A DNA stretch of 64,000 nt, from the NCBI GenBank assembly GCA_018653365.1, contig JABIAG010000001.1, positions 480,001 to 544,000 of the forward strand. The letters are read 5' to 3'. Source of the stretch: Candidatus Woesearchaeota archaeon (GTDB lineage: Archaea; Nanobdellota; Nanobdellia; Woesearchaeales; JABIAG01). Shown here piece after piece: positions 36,551 through 47,595 of the stretch (within the stretch, counting starts at the first letter, position 1; each line of letters starts with the position of its first letter). A program made the position numbers and the translations under genes. The notes beneath the pieces were generated by a model. That model was not told where the DNA came from, searched no databases, and saw only the letters and a program-made list of their open reading frames with translations.

Positions 36551-37564
36551 ATGCCTTATAGAGAAATCGACTTAAATCATTTAAGAGATACATCTAATGA
36601 AGAGGTAGTAAGCTTTCTACAAAATGGAGTTGGACAATTAGCAACAGGATATATTGACGGTTACGTTTTAGCAATGGGGCCAACCCCTGATGAATACTTT
36701 CAACAAGCACATTTTTCTGAACAACCTACACAAAAAACAGTGGTAAATAAAGAACTTGCACTTGCAGCAATAGAATGCATGGGAAATGAAACAGGAGCAG
36801 TTTATAGTCTTGGTAAATCATTAAATCATCGGGGAACAGCAATAATCTTTGAGGGTCAACGCAGACAAGCATATGCTAATTTTAGAAAAGTTCGCACACT
36901 AGAGGGAAGAGAGGTTGGACACTTAATGTTCATACAAGCAGAAGAATTTTACTTACCTAATGGAACACTAGATGAACTAGCACTTTACGATCCAATACCA
37001 ATACTGCCAGAAATTGATCTTGAAGACATGAATCCTGAAACAGATGCTGAAAGATTACTACATCAAGAACTAAGAAGACTTGTGGATGGAAGAAGCGGAC
37101 AATATAGTTTGATACATTTTGGAGATGCAGCCATACAAGCAAATTATTCAGAAACGATTCTAGCAGATTTTTTAACCTCACAACAATCAAGAAGAACAGC
37201 ATTAGCAGAAACAACAATAAATCTCATGGCAAACTTTTTGGGTGCAGTGTATGAACCTACTTTGGAATTCGATACTGCGGTTAAATTAACAGAAGGAGAA
37301 GAAAGTTGCGAAATACTCGCAAGATTGGGGGATTTATCACACGCAAACATGCAACAATCAGGAATGATACTAAGAAGAGTGGGTTGGAGTAAACCAACCC
37401 CTGCAGAAGTAGAGGAAAGACGAGTGGCAGAAGAGGCAGAAGGCTGGCAAACTTATAAAAAAAGTGGTTTAGATGCACTTCCTTTAACTGAACCCGACAT
37501 ACGCCTGCCTGGTGAAGAAGAACCAGTACCCTCAATTCCTTTCCCTGATGAGGAGGACTTTTAG
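36551..37564 (+). CDS. acidic hypothetical protein
   Basis: Long ORF with upstream TATA-like element. Confidence 0.7.
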   Translation: MPYREIDLNHLRDTSNEEVVSFLQNGVGQLATGYIDGYVLAMGPTPDEYFQQAHFSEQPTQKTVVNKELALAAIECMGNETGAVYSLGKSLNHRGTAIIFEGQRRQAYANFRKVRTLEGREVGHLMFIQAEEFYLPNGTLDELALYDPIPILPEIDLEDMNPETDAERLLHQELRRLVDGRSGQYSLIHFGDAAIQANYSETILADFLTSQQSRRTALAETTINLMANFLGAVYEPTLEFDTAVKLTEGEESCEILARLGDLSHANMQQSGMILRRVGWSKPTPAEVEERRVAEEAEGWQTYKKSGLDALPLTEPDIRLPGEEEPVPSIPFPDEEDF

Positions 37565-37565
37565 A

Positions 37566-37970
37566 ATGTTAGATAGTTTAATGAGAAGTGCATTTAGAGC
37601 AAATGATTCAAGAACACTATTACCCACGGTAAAACCTTTAATGGAAGCACTAGAACAAAGAGGATTTGATATGGCAAGTGAAGTGGATGATGATGGAAGC
37701 TTTTTTGTACACTATGGTATAAGAAGAGTTCCAACTTCAGTTTCAATTGGCGTGGACTTAATGGGAGAAGAAGGCGAATATATAATGGATTTTAACATAC
37801 CTTTAAACCATGACGGAGAAACAATCTCACTTGCACCTGAAGAAAGAATGGAAGTTCCAGACTATCATCGAACATTCAGAGAAGAAGTAATGCCTCAAGT
37901 ATTACAAGCACTAGACTACCATTTACAACATACTGGCGTGTCAGAATACTATCCTAAAGAAACAGAATAA
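37566..37970 (+). CDS. hypothetical protein
   Basis: ATG 37566 after GAGGAGG. Confidence 0.65.
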   Translation: MLDSLMRSAFRANDSRTLLPTVKPLMEALEQRGFDMASEVDDDGSFFVHYGIRRVPTSVSIGVDLMGEEGEYIMDFNIPLNHDGETISLAPEERMEVPDYHRTFREEVMPQVLQALDYHLQHTGVSEYYPKETE

Positions 37971-38461
37971 AGAATTATATCTTCAAAACTAATGTGAACT
38001 TTGTCTACTTCTTCAAATTTCCAATTATTCTTAGTTAAGAATTCATCTATTTTATCTTGTTTAGTAAATGATGAGAATACTAATAATATTTTTCCGTCTG
38101 CTTTAAGAAATTCTTTGGCTTGAGAAAAAAACCTAAAAATAGTTTCATGACCTTCCTTGCCACCATATAATGCAGGATCTTCAATGCCTTCATCATTAGG
38201 CAAATAAGGTGCGTTAAATAGAATTAGATCAAACTTTATTTTAGGAATGTTACTAAACAAATCAGACTCAATAAACTTGACTCCTTCAACACGTTTAGCA
38301 TCTGGATTAATATCTGCAGCATAAACCGTTTTAGCATACTTTAAGGCTTCTTTAGCTAAAATACCTGAACCCGTACCCATATCTAAAACAATGCCTCTAG
38401 CAAAATCTTTAATATGTTTTTTAATCAGTTCAGAATCTTCTGCTGGTTCGTAAACATCCAT
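37949..38461 (-). CDS. HemK2/PrmC-like release factor glutamine methyltransferase
   Basis: VYEPAEDS, DMGTGSG and NAPY motifs. Confidence 0.9.
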   Translation of the reverse strand: MDVYEPAEDSELIKKHIKDFARGIVLDMGTGSGILAKEALKYAKTVYAADINPDAKRVEGVKFIESDLFSNIPKIKFDLILFNAPYLPNDEGIEDPALYGGKEGHETIFRFFSQAKEFLKADGKILLVFSSFTKQDKIDEFLTKNNWKFEEVDKVHISFEDIILYSVSLG

Positions 38462-38491
38462 AACAATTGTGTTAAATAGAACTTTATAAAT

Positions 38492-38950
38492 TTACTCGTC
38501 TAGTGCCTGAAAATATTCTTTAACACGATCTTTAATACTAGTCAAATAATATTTTTCAATTTTTTCAGTAAAAATATCTTTCAAAGAAGCATTCTCATTA
38601 ATACGATAATTATTAGCAACCTTTTCAACTAAAAACATATCTCTTAAACGTAATAATTGTCTTCTTACATTAGAAGAGGCAATACCTAACATTGGAAGCT
38701 TTCTTCGCTTCCTATTCTTAGTAACTTCATAACGAATCTCTTCAGAATTAAGCATTTTTTTCTGCTTTTGCATAGCAACTAAAACATGAAGAATATCAAC
38801 AACAACATCTCTTGAGTCACCAGGTTGTAACAATCCAGTAGAAAGACACAATTTTCTTACTAATTCTCTTTGATCTAGTTTGCCTGGCTTTTCATATTTT
38901 CTTAAAGTAATTTCAGCTAAAGGAGTATCTCGACTTATAGTAGTTGCCAT
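38492..38950 (-). CDS. wHTH-type conserved protein
   Basis: SNVRRQL.RL....LVEK...Y wHTH pattern. Confidence 0.7.
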   Translation of the reverse strand: MATTISRDTPLAEITLRKYEKPGKLDQRELVRKLCLSTGLLQPGDSRDVVVDILHVLVAMQKQKKMLNSEEIRYEVTKNRKRRKLPMLGIASSNVRRQLLRLRDMFLVEKVANNYRINENASLKDIFTEKIEKYYLTSIKDRVKEYFQALDE

Positions 38951-39034
38951 TGATTAAATAGTTTAAGAAATACTATATAAACTTTGTTATTTAACAAAAG
39001 TTATGCGTAGAATTAAATTTAAAATAAAAAAAAT

Positions 39035-40426
39035 TTATTTTTTCTTCTTTTTAGCAGCAGCTTTTCGTTCAGCAAGCTTCTTCTCTTTAGCATCAATTGA
39101 GGCCTTACGCTTTTTCCAATCGTCCTCATAAAGTGCTGAAACTTCTTTAGCATACTTATCAACTTCTTTCATGACCTTCTCATCTTTTAAGATGTCATCT
39201 GCACCCTTGTGGGTTGCATGAAGTTTATGCTTTTTATGAAGATCTCTACTAACCTCAGGGTTATCAATCCACTGACAGGGCAAGTACTGATTATCATTAT
39301 AAGGCTGTCTAGATCTCAAATCCTTAAAGTAAGGTGAGTTAAAACATTCTTTTAATGATTTATCCTTAATGTTCCCGTCAGAGAAGTGAGTAAAAATACA
39401 AGGTTCTACCCAACCTTCTGAAGTAATATGTGCGTAATGCTTACCTGCGATACATCCTCCAACAAAAGGAGCGTCATTCCAGAAATCAATAATGAAAATT
39501 TCTTTAGTTCTTCTGATTTCATCTCCACGTTTAAGCATGTGTTTTCGTTGTGCAGGAGTTGGCATTAAACTCAAATCAGGCTTTGCATGAACTGGCATGT
39601 AAAGGAAGTACCAAACCATTAAAGCACCCTTAGCAATAAGGAAGTCAATAAATTCATTACTGAAAATTAATTCTTCGTTTTTGTTAGTAACACAGGTAGA
39701 ACATCCAAAAGGAAGCCCGTATTTGTTTAACAAATCCATTGCTTTCATAATTTTAGCATAAGTTCCTTTGCCTCTACGTTCATCAGTTTCTTTTTCCCAA
39801 CCCTCAATACTGATTTGTAACATAACATTACCTAATTTCTTAAGTTTTTTACAAACCTCTTCAGTAATTAAGGTGCTGTTGGTAAATACTTGAAAGTAAA
39901 GATCATTATGTTTCTTAAACAGTTTAAAAAGGTCTTTTCTAACAAATGGTTCTCCTCCAAGAATAGTGTAAAAACCAATACCTAGGTCTCGTCCTTCATT
40001 CATTAACTTATCAAGAACTTCAAAAGGAAGATCATCAGCTTTATTGTACTCATTAGCATAACAACCAACACAACGAAGATTACATCTCATAGAGGGAGAG
40101 ATTAGTAAAGTAGCAGGAACGCCTTCACCTTTTTCAAAAGCAGCCTCTCTAACCTTAACATTTTCTAATAATCCTCGAACAATAAGATTTTCCATGAATT
40201 TCTTAATGCTCTTTTTACTTCTTTGTGTGGTAAGTTTTTTAATAAAATTAACCATTGGATGATTAGCTTCAAGAGCTTTAATAATAAAATCAATTCTGGC
40301 TTGATCCTCAATTCGAGAAACTCTTTTTAAACCACCAATCATTTTAACTAAACTTTTTTTGCCGGCTTTTCTAGATGCTGAATATATTGCTTGTGTTAAT
40401 ATTTTTCTTTTTAGTTTTTTAAGCAT
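39035..40426 (-). CDS. radical SAM protein with SPASM/twitch domain
   Basis: CNLRCVGC, GGEP and GCIAG...G.VEPC motifs. Confidence 0.92.
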   Translation of the reverse strand: MLKKLKRKILTQAIYSASRKAGKKSLVKMIGGLKRVSRIEDQARIDFIIKALEANHPMVNFIKKLTTQRSKKSIKKFMENLIVRGLLENVKVREAAFEKGEGVPATLLISPSMRCNLRCVGCYANEYNKADDLPFEVLDKLMNEGRDLGIGFYTILGGEPFVRKDLFKLFKKHNDLYFQVFTNSTLITEEVCKKLKKLGNVMLQISIEGWEKETDERRGKGTYAKIMKAMDLLNKYGLPFGCSTCVTNKNEELIFSNEFIDFLIAKGALMVWYFLYMPVHAKPDLSLMPTPAQRKHMLKRGDEIRRTKEIFIIDFWNDAPFVGGCIAGKHYAHITSEGWVEPCIFTHFSDGNIKDKSLKECFNSPYFKDLRSRQPYNDNQYLPCQWIDNPEVSRDLHKKHKLHATHKGADDILKDEKVMKEVDKYAKEVSALYEDDWKKRKASIDAKEKKLAERKAAAKKKKK

Positions 40427-40435
40427 TTTTAGTCC

Positions 40436-43400
40436 TCATTTTTGATCGAAGTAAATGGTAAACTTCTGATTTTTTATGTTTATTTCTCCAATTTTGTTCA
40501 TTTCAGATTCAACATTGGAGATCGTAATACCCGAAACACCGCATTTATCTTTGATGTGTTCAGAGTATAATTCAATATCTTTAAACTCGGTTTGAATGTG
40601 GAGCTTTATTAAGTTTTTCCTTTCCAAACCGTTATCTTTTCTTAGTTGTTGTACATGACGCATAAGCTCACGAGCAAATCCCTCAGTTTCGAGATCTTTA
40701 TTTCTTTCAGTATTAAGAAAAACTGTTCCTTTAGAAAATTCAGAAACCTTAAAATTATCAGGTACTTTCTTCTCAAAAACTAGTTCTTCTTGAGTTAATT
40801 CAAATTCTTGATCGTCAATTTTCGTAATAAATTTTCCCTCTTTCTTCAAACAATCCTGAACATCATTACCATTTAGTTCTGCAAGTTTAGCAATAACTTT
40901 AGGAAGATCTTTACCGAATTTTCTACCTGCAGTTTTATAATTGATTTTAACATCATAATCAACCTCAATTTCCTTGTTAAGATTGATCTCTTTAACATTG
41001 ATTTGTTTCTTTAAAACTTCATCCAACTCATCCAACCCATTTTTTACAAAAGGATCTTCTGAATGAATTATGATCTCTTTAACAGGCCACCTAAGAGAAA
41101 CCTGGGCTTTTTCTCGAGCAGCTAAAGAGGATTGAATAATTCCTTGCGCACAACTCATATGATTCTCAAGATCTGAATTAATAAGGCTTTTATTAGATTT
41201 AGGCCAAGAAAACAAATGAATACTTGCTTCTTCTGTGCCAAAAACAGGTTTTAGTTCCTGATACATTTCCTCTGCCACAAATGGCGTTATTGTTGAAAGC
41301 ATTTTTAGTATGTCAAGTAAACAGGTTTTAATAGTTTCTGATATCAATAATTTATCAGCATCACTGCCAAGCGCAGCTTTTTCACGAATCATCTGAATGT
41401 AAGTTCTAGACAATTCAAGGAAAAGATCCTCAATATCTCCAATTGTTTCATCCAATCTGTATTGATTAAATTTCTCTTCAACACTCTTAATTGTCGAGTT
41501 AAGTTTAGAGAGTATATACTTTTCCTCTATCCCCTTTTCAGCTCGTTCTCCCTTTTTTAATTGTATGTTTAAGTCTAAAAGATAATTTTTAACATTCCAT
41601 AGAACATTAAGGTTTCTTTGTTTAAGTTTAACAGTATCCCAATTAAAGTTAATATTCTTGCCTGCAGCAGTCTGACACATGTAATACCTAAGAATGTCAG
41701 CACCATACTGATCTACAACCTCATAAGGAGAAATAATATTTCCAAGAGACTTAGACATTTTAGTACCCTGATAATCTAAAATCATACCATGACAATAAAC
41801 ATTATTGTACGCTGATTTGTTAAAAACAATAGCAGAACCCATTTGTAACATAGTAAACCACAATCTTGTCTGTTCTGTTGCTTCAAGAACAAGATCTGCA
41901 GGAAATAAACTCTTTAATAGATCTTCACGTTGAGGGTATTCTAAACAATTCCAAGAAGTTGTTCCAGAATCAAGCCAGACATCCAATACATCAGGAACAC
42001 GAGCCATTTCTTTCCCACATTTACACTTAATCTTAACTTCATCAATCCATGGTTTGTGTAAATCAGCAGGTAGTTCACCAATTGCTTTCTCCTCTAATTC
42101 CCTAGAAGAACCAATTACCTCAATACTTCCACACTCACACTCCCAAATAGGAACAGGACAACCCCAAAAACGTTGTCTTGTGATACTATTATCTTTAAGA
42201 TTCTCAATCCACAATTTAAAACTATTATTGGATTCTTCAGGAACCCAATTAACATCATTGTTAAACTTAAGAATTTGTTCACACAAATCTTTAGTTTTCA
42301 TAAACCATTGCTCTGTAGTTCTAAAAATAACAGGTTTGTGACATCTCCAACAGTGAGGATACTCATGCTCTACTTTAGTAACAGCAAGCAAAAAACCTTT
42401 TTCTTTAAAGATGCCAATAAGTTTCTTATCATCTTGTTTAGCAACAATTCCGGTGTAAGGACCCATATCTTCATATTCGCCCTGTTCATTTAATTTATTG
42501 AATGGTTTGATGTTATTTTCCATACCCACATCATAATCCTCAGGACCACACCCCGTCCCCATATGAACTAAACCACTACCTGACAGGGTATCTACATAAT
42601 CTTTACTTAACACAATAGAGTGCATATTATCTGTTTTAACTTCATCAAACGGAATTTCATCTCTAAGAGGATGAATGTAATGTTTACCCTCTAATTCAGT
42701 ACCTTTAAATTCTTCAACAACCTCAAATTGTTTATCTAAAACAGTATTAAGAAAAGGTCCTGCTAAAGACTTAGCAATAATCCAAAACTCATCTTCAACC
42801 TTAACTTTAACATAATCTACATCCGGATTAACCATTATTCCCATGTTAAACGGAATAGTCCAGGGAGTTGTAGTCCAAATTATGACATATTCATTCTCAG
42901 TATTTTCTAATTTAAATTTCAAAAAGATAGAATCATCAGAAACGTTTTCATACTCTAATTCATGCTTAGCTAATGCAGTTTCACAACTTCTACACCAGGT
43001 CATAACCTTTTTACCCTTATACAGTCTATCCTGCTCAAAAGCTTTCTTAATCAACAACCATTCACCTGAAATAAATTCATTCTTAATTGGCCAGTACGCG
43101 TGTTCATAATCCATCCAAATGCCCAGCCTTAAAAGATCTGCATCCATTTGTTTAGCATTAGTTTCAGAAAAGTTTCTACATTCTTTAATGAACTTGTCTA
43201 ATCCGAATGCAACAATATCTTCTTTTGTTTTAAGTTCGAACTTGGCTTGAACCTTGTTTTCAGTAGGAAGACCATGCATGTCATAACCGGCTCGATCCCA
43301 AACATCAAAACCTTTCAAACGTTTAAATCTCAAAATCATATCTTTCATAGAATTGTTCCAGGCATGACCAATATGTAATCTTCCTGAAGTATAGGGAGGG

Positions 43401-43516
43401 CCTTGAAGAAAATAAAATTTTTCACCACCCTTATTTTTAGCATTAACCTTATTATGAATATCTTTATCTTTCCAGAGTTTCAAAATCTTTTCTTCAACTT
43501 CTTTAAAGTTATACAT
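40436..43516 (-). CDS. ileS: isoleucyl-tRNA synthetase
   Basis: GPPY..G.LHIGH, WTTTPWT and KMSKS motifs. Confidence 0.97.
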   Translation of the reverse strand: MYNFKEVEEKILKLWKDKDIHNKVNAKNKGGEKFYFLQGPPYTSGRLHIGHAWNNSMKDMILRFKRLKGFDVWDRAGYDMHGLPTENKVQAKFELKTKEDIVAFGLDKFIKECRNFSETNAKQMDADLLRLGIWMDYEHAYWPIKNEFISGEWLLIKKAFEQDRLYKGKKVMTWCRSCETALAKHELEYENVSDDSIFLKFKLENTENEYVIIWTTTPWTIPFNMGIMVNPDVDYVKVKVEDEFWIIAKSLAGPFLNTVLDKQFEVVEEFKGTELEGKHYIHPLRDEIPFDEVKTDNMHSIVLSKDYVDTLSGSGLVHMGTGCGPEDYDVGMENNIKPFNKLNEQGEYEDMGPYTGIVAKQDDKKLIGIFKEKGFLLAVTKVEHEYPHCWRCHKPVIFRTTEQWFMKTKDLCEQILKFNNDVNWVPEESNNSFKLWIENLKDNSITRQRFWGCPVPIWECECGSIEVIGSSRELEEKAIGELPADLHKPWIDEVKIKCKCGKEMARVPDVLDVWLDSGTTSWNCLEYPQREDLLKSLFPADLVLEATEQTRLWFTMLQMGSAIVFNKSAYNNVYCHGMILDYQGTKMSKSLGNIISPYEVVDQYGADILRYYMCQTAAGKNINFNWDTVKLKQRNLNVLWNVKNYLLDLNIQLKKGERAEKGIEEKYILSKLNSTIKSVEEKFNQYRLDETIGDIEDLFLELSRTYIQMIREKAALGSDADKLLISETIKTCLLDILKMLSTITPFVAEEMYQELKPVFGTEEASIHLFSWPKSNKSLINSDLENHMSCAQGIIQSSLAAREKAQVSLRWPVKEIIIHSEDPFVKNGLDELDEVLKKQINVKEINLNKEIEVDYDVKINYKTAGRKFGKDLPKVIAKLAELNGNDVQDCLKKEGKFITKIDDQEFELTQEELVFEKKVPDNFKVSEFSKGTVFLNTERNKDLETEGFARELMRHVQQLRKDNGLERKNLIKLHIQTEFKDIELYSEHIKDKCGVSGITISNVESEMNKIGEINIKNQKFTIYFDQK

Positions 43517-43554
43517 AAGATTAGAATAAAGGTAATTATTTAAAAAGTTTTAGT

Positions 43555-44166
43555 TTATTCGTGCATAAACTCTGCTCGTGGTTCAGAATGGAATCCTTGA
43601 GTGATTGTTCTTAAATGTTGGGGGTCGGCTTTATTATATCTTTGCCAAACATCCTCATCAACTCTTTCATCCTGGTCCCAATCTGCGCCTTTTTTAATAT
43701 TTAAATGCTCCGTATAACTTCTACAAAGATCACGTAAAGCAATAAAATTTGGCTTGGGTCGAACAAAAGGCACTCTATCTGCCATCAGAAGCATGTTTTC
43801 ATCTGCTAATCTACAAGCATGAAGAAATAGGTTTCGTTGGTTGCAGGGGCTTTTAGTTATTTCATAATCGCGTCTACGATAAAGTAATTTCATCTGAGCT
43901 CTACTACATTCCTTATAAACTCCTAAAGGAACAATCGCCCTTCCGTTTTTTAATAAACCTTGTTCAAACTTTAAACGGTCTACAAACCGTTCTAAAGCTG
44001 GGACCTCTAATGAACGATAGTTCTTCCGGGGATCAAAAATAACCTTCCCCGATAATTGTTGACGATTTTCTCCTGGAACAACAAATAAAACAGAAGAATC
44101 CAAAACAACATACGCGCCAGAATCTAAGAAATCTTTTAGGGTGCGAGTGTCTGTCTTAGGCGTCAT
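43555..44166 (-). CDS. hypothetical protein, possibly PIN-like
   Basis: VVLDSSVL and VP.GVYKE resemble PIN motifs. Confidence 0.45.
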   Translation of the reverse strand: MTPKTDTRTLKDFLDSGAYVVLDSSVLFVVPGENRQQLSGKVIFDPRKNYRSLEVPALERFVDRLKFEQGLLKNGRAIVPLGVYKECSRAQMKLLYRRRDYEITKSPCNQRNLFLHACRLADENMLLMADRVPFVRPKPNFIALRDLCRSYTEHLNIKKGADWDQDERVDEDVWQRYNKADPQHLRTITQGFHSEPRAEFMHE

Positions 44167-44186
44167 TAGAAAGAGATAATCTCTGG

Positions 44187-46613
44187 TTATTTAAAAAACT
44201 TATTCAGATTTTCTTGTTTATGATCTGAAGTAATGTCCTCTTTTTTGAAACCTAGTACCTCAAAAATCTTCTCAACGGCAGGAATAACCTGGTTATTAAT
44301 GTAATATTCAGCATCATATTCGCCTTGTTTTAATTCTTCAGGCAGCCTTGCTTTATCTCTAATAATACCTGCAACTTCAGTGATAACATAACTAACTCTT
44401 GTTCCTGCACCAACATCAACACCCTTGCTTTTCATTCGTTTAGCAACAGCAACGTGAGGACCAATAGCATCATATTCATCCAATTCTTTTGATAATCTTG
44501 TATGAATTATAACATCTTCATTTTTAATTTTCTTTTCCTTTAAATCATCCAAAACATCCTTAACATAATTCAAAGCCTTATCTTTATCTTTTTTCTCAAG
44601 AACTATTCTTAGAACGGCTTCTTGAGTTTGTTTAGCAATTGGAGAAACGTTTCTTCTAACTGCCTCAAAACCAGTAACTTTTAATTTATTTTTCTCATTT
44701 AAAAGAGCATAACGCTTTTTAGCACCATACGCACCCTGTTTAGCAGAAACAAATATCCCTCGCGGGTAGTGTCCCTCATACTCTAACTCCATTAATTCAG
44801 GAAGTTCAGTGTTGATATTATCCACTAATTTCAGGGCAGACTCCTTAGGTTTGCCATCAAGTGTGATGAAAATAGAATCAGTATCCGAATAAATAATCTG
44901 AAAACCATTATTAGAGGCTTCATCAATTACTTTCTTAATATAATGCCTACCTAGTGAAGTAACAGTTTCTGCACACTCTAAACAATACCATCTCGCACCA
45001 AAAAAGCCAAGATAACCATAAAACGAGTTAGATAATAACTTAAGAGTTCCAACTCTTGCCTTTAACAAAACATCTTCTGGATTCTGTTTAAGTAATTCTT
45101 TAATACGCATTCTTCTACGAACTAATTCCTCTAAAATTTGAGAAATAAAACCTGGCTTGTTGGTACAAAACCAAATGTCTTTATTGTCTGGGTTCTGATT
45201 AGCTTTATCTTTACAACATTCACAATTTAATGCGCCTGGAGAGATGTTATGAGAGGTAATAATTGTGGGGTACAGACTTCTGAAATCAAAAATAACAATG
45301 TCATCATACAATCCGGGTTTGGGTTCAAAAACAAATGCTCCCTGAAATCGAGTTGTTTGTCGACCCATAACCTCATTGTGGCCTGGTTTGTTTAAAATCA
45401 GTTCATTGAAATTCTTAGTTTGTTTTATAATAAATGCTTCAACTAATTGTGAAAAACCTTTTTGATTAACCTCATAAGGAGTAAGATTAGTAATTTTAAC
45501 CATTTCAACAATGTTAGGGAATATAGTTTCCATTAACTTAAAAGTTAATTTAGCATCTTGTAAATTATACTTAGCAAAAGTTGAAAGTTTTTCAGGATCA
45601 TTATCCCAAACTTCAGCCAAATTATCTAAATCAACATCATGCTTTTTTTCATTTAAAATTTCAGAAGCAACATCATCCAAACTAAAACTATCAGTATCTA
45701 AAGTTCTTCCCATAACACGTCTAATAAACTTAATTATGTCAATGTGGGGAATACCCCAAATGTTTGCTTTCTCATCTCTTACAGTTAATTCAGAGCCATC
45801 AACACCTAATTTTAACTTAATTTTGTGATGTTTTGCTCGAGTTTTAATGTATGGGAAGTCAAAACCATCAGAATAATACCCTGTTATAATATCTGGATTT
45901 AATTGTTTTATGATTTCTTGAAAACGCATTAATAAACTAGCTTCACCATCAACAAACTCCACATCTTTATTATCCTTAAAAGGTTTCCAGGTAATAACTT
46001 TTTTGAACTTTTTTGAATAAAGTGCAATCATCAAAATAGGATGCTCTTCAGGAATAAACCTTTTTCCTAATGGATTATAAGTTTCAATATCTATTGCAAG
46101 AACATTAAGATCTGTTAAAGGGGTGTCAGTACCCTCAAGAGATTGAATTTCAAAACAAGGGATGTTTAGATTAAAAGGCACTTTTTTAACTTCAGCTTCT
46201 AACCTGTTTAAAGGCGTTATTCCTTTATCGAGTAAGTACTTTTGTGTAAACTTAATATCATATTCAAATGTGTTTAAAGTCGCGTCCTTGATGGCATTTC
46301 TTACTTTGGGAATGTCTCTTGGAAGTTGGCAGGTAATCTTAATTAATGCTCTTTCCTGTCCTAAAACATTTTTTTTAACTTGCTTAACACTAACTACCTT
46401 AATAGTTCTACCTTCTTCCTCAAATGAAAGCTTAGAAATCTTATCAGTTACCTCAATATTATCTACTTCAGCATAAAAATAAGGCTGAAACGTTCTATCT
46501 ATCAAACACACCTTTTCACCTTTGTCTGTTTTCCCAATTAAATGAATTACTGGTTTGTCATCTAATACTTTATACAAAACATCTAAAGGAAAAAAGCTAA
46601 TTTTCATATTCAT
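44187..46613 (-). CDS. polB: family B DNA polymerase
   Basis: DIET, DFRSLYP, K...NSFYG and YSDTDS motifs; C-terminal PIP-like Q.NL.KFF. Confidence 0.97.
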   Translation of the reverse strand: MNMKISFFPLDVLYKVLDDKPVIHLIGKTDKGEKVCLIDRTFQPYFYAEVDNIEVTDKISKLSFEEEGRTIKVVSVKQVKKNVLGQERALIKITCQLPRDIPKVRNAIKDATLNTFEYDIKFTQKYLLDKGITPLNRLEAEVKKVPFNLNIPCFEIQSLEGTDTPLTDLNVLAIDIETYNPLGKRFIPEEHPILMIALYSKKFKKVITWKPFKDNKDVEFVDGEASLLMRFQEIIKQLNPDIITGYYSDGFDFPYIKTRAKHHKIKLKLGVDGSELTVRDEKANIWGIPHIDIIKFIRRVMGRTLDTDSFSLDDVASEILNEKKHDVDLDNLAEVWDNDPEKLSTFAKYNLQDAKLTFKLMETIFPNIVEMVKITNLTPYEVNQKGFSQLVEAFIIKQTKNFNELILNKPGHNEVMGRQTTRFQGAFVFEPKPGLYDDIVIFDFRSLYPTIITSHNISPGALNCECCKDKANQNPDNKDIWFCTNKPGFISQILEELVRRRMRIKELLKQNPEDVLLKARVGTLKLLSNSFYGYLGFFGARWYCLECAETVTSLGRHYIKKVIDEASNNGFQIIYSDTDSIFITLDGKPKESALKLVDNINTELPELMELEYEGHYPRGIFVSAKQGAYGAKKRYALLNEKNKLKVTGFEAVRRNVSPIAKQTQEAVLRIVLEKKDKDKALNYVKDVLDDLKEKKIKNEDVIIHTRLSKELDEYDAIGPHVAVAKRMKSKGVDVGAGTRVSYVITEVAGIIRDKARLPEELKQGEYDAEYYINNQVIPAVEKIFEVLGFKKEDITSDHKQENLNKFFK

Positions 46614-46719
46614 TTAATAGTAACTGTGTATAAAAAGATTGTGGATATTTAAGATTGTGCAGGATTACTCTCTTATTCAACACTAACTTTAAATACTTCT
46701 GCAAATAAGGTTTTGTAAA

Positions 46720-47595
46720 ATGTATGATCTAGTAATTGTTGGAGGGGGAATTGCAGGTATTTCAGCAGCAATATATGCAAAAAGATATGACCTGAATTTT
46801 GTGATGGTCGCAAAAGATGTTGGAGGAATGTTATTAGAAATAAGTAAAGTGCACAATTATCCTGCATATGATGGAAAAACCGGACCAGAAATGGTAACCG
46901 AACTAAAAAAACAAATTAGTGATGTTGATGTTATACGAGATCAGGTAATCAAAATAGAAAAAGGATTTAAAATAGGTTTAGAAAATGGAATGAAATTACG
47001 ATCAAAAAATGTAATATTAGCAACAGGAACACACAAAAAACATCTAAAGTTAGATGGCGAAAAACGATTTTTAGGAAAAGGAATTTCTTATTGTGCAACA
47101 TGTGATGCTCCAATGTTTACAGGAAAACACGTAGTTGTTTATGGAGGAGGAAATGCGGCAGCATATTCTGCAATGGTACTCTCACCGTATGCTAAATCAA
47201 TAACAATGATATGCAGAAGCAAATTTAAAATCGACGCAGAAACAAGAAAAAAACTAAAGAAAAAAGAAATTAAATTAGTTATTGGGAAAAAAATAACTAA
47301 ATTAAATGGAGAAAACTTTCTTGAAGAAATAGAACTAGATGATTCTCAGAAGATTAAATGTTCAGGACTGTTTGTAAATATAGGCAGTGTTCCAACAACA
47401 GAAATGTTAAATGGATTGGGTTTGAAACATGATAAACAAGGATTTCTAAAAACTGATTGTCTAATGAAGACTTCGGTTGAAGGAGTGTACGCAATAGGAG
47501 ATGTAGTAAGTAAACAATTTAGACAATTAGTAACAGCAGCAGCAGACGGTGCTAGAGCAGTTAATGCAATATATACGCTTAACGATTCAAAATAG
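46720..47595 (+). CDS. trxB: thioredoxin reductase
   Basis: GGGIAG, SYCATCD and GGGN motifs. Confidence 0.9.
   Translation: MYDLVIVGGGIAGISAAIYAKRYDLNFVMVAKDVGGMLLEISKVHNYPAYDGKTGPEMVTELKKQISDVDVIRDQVIKIEKGFKIGLENGMKLRSKNVILATGTHKKHLKLDGEKRFLGKGISYCATCDAPMFTGKHVVVYGGGNAAAYSAMVLSPYAKSITMICRSKFKIDAETRKKLKKKEIKLVIGKKITKLNGENFLEEIELDDSQKIKCSGLFVNIGSVPTTEMLNGLGLKHDKQGFLKTDCLMKTSVEGVYAIGDVVSKQFRQLVTAAADGARAVNAIYTLNDSK

Noticed and set aside
38984-39011. Further dif-like site TTGTTATTTAA-caaaag-TTATGCGTAGA
   Set aside because: It abuts a TATA/BRE promoter in a housekeeping region and matches the other arms only loosely; likely chance or an operator.
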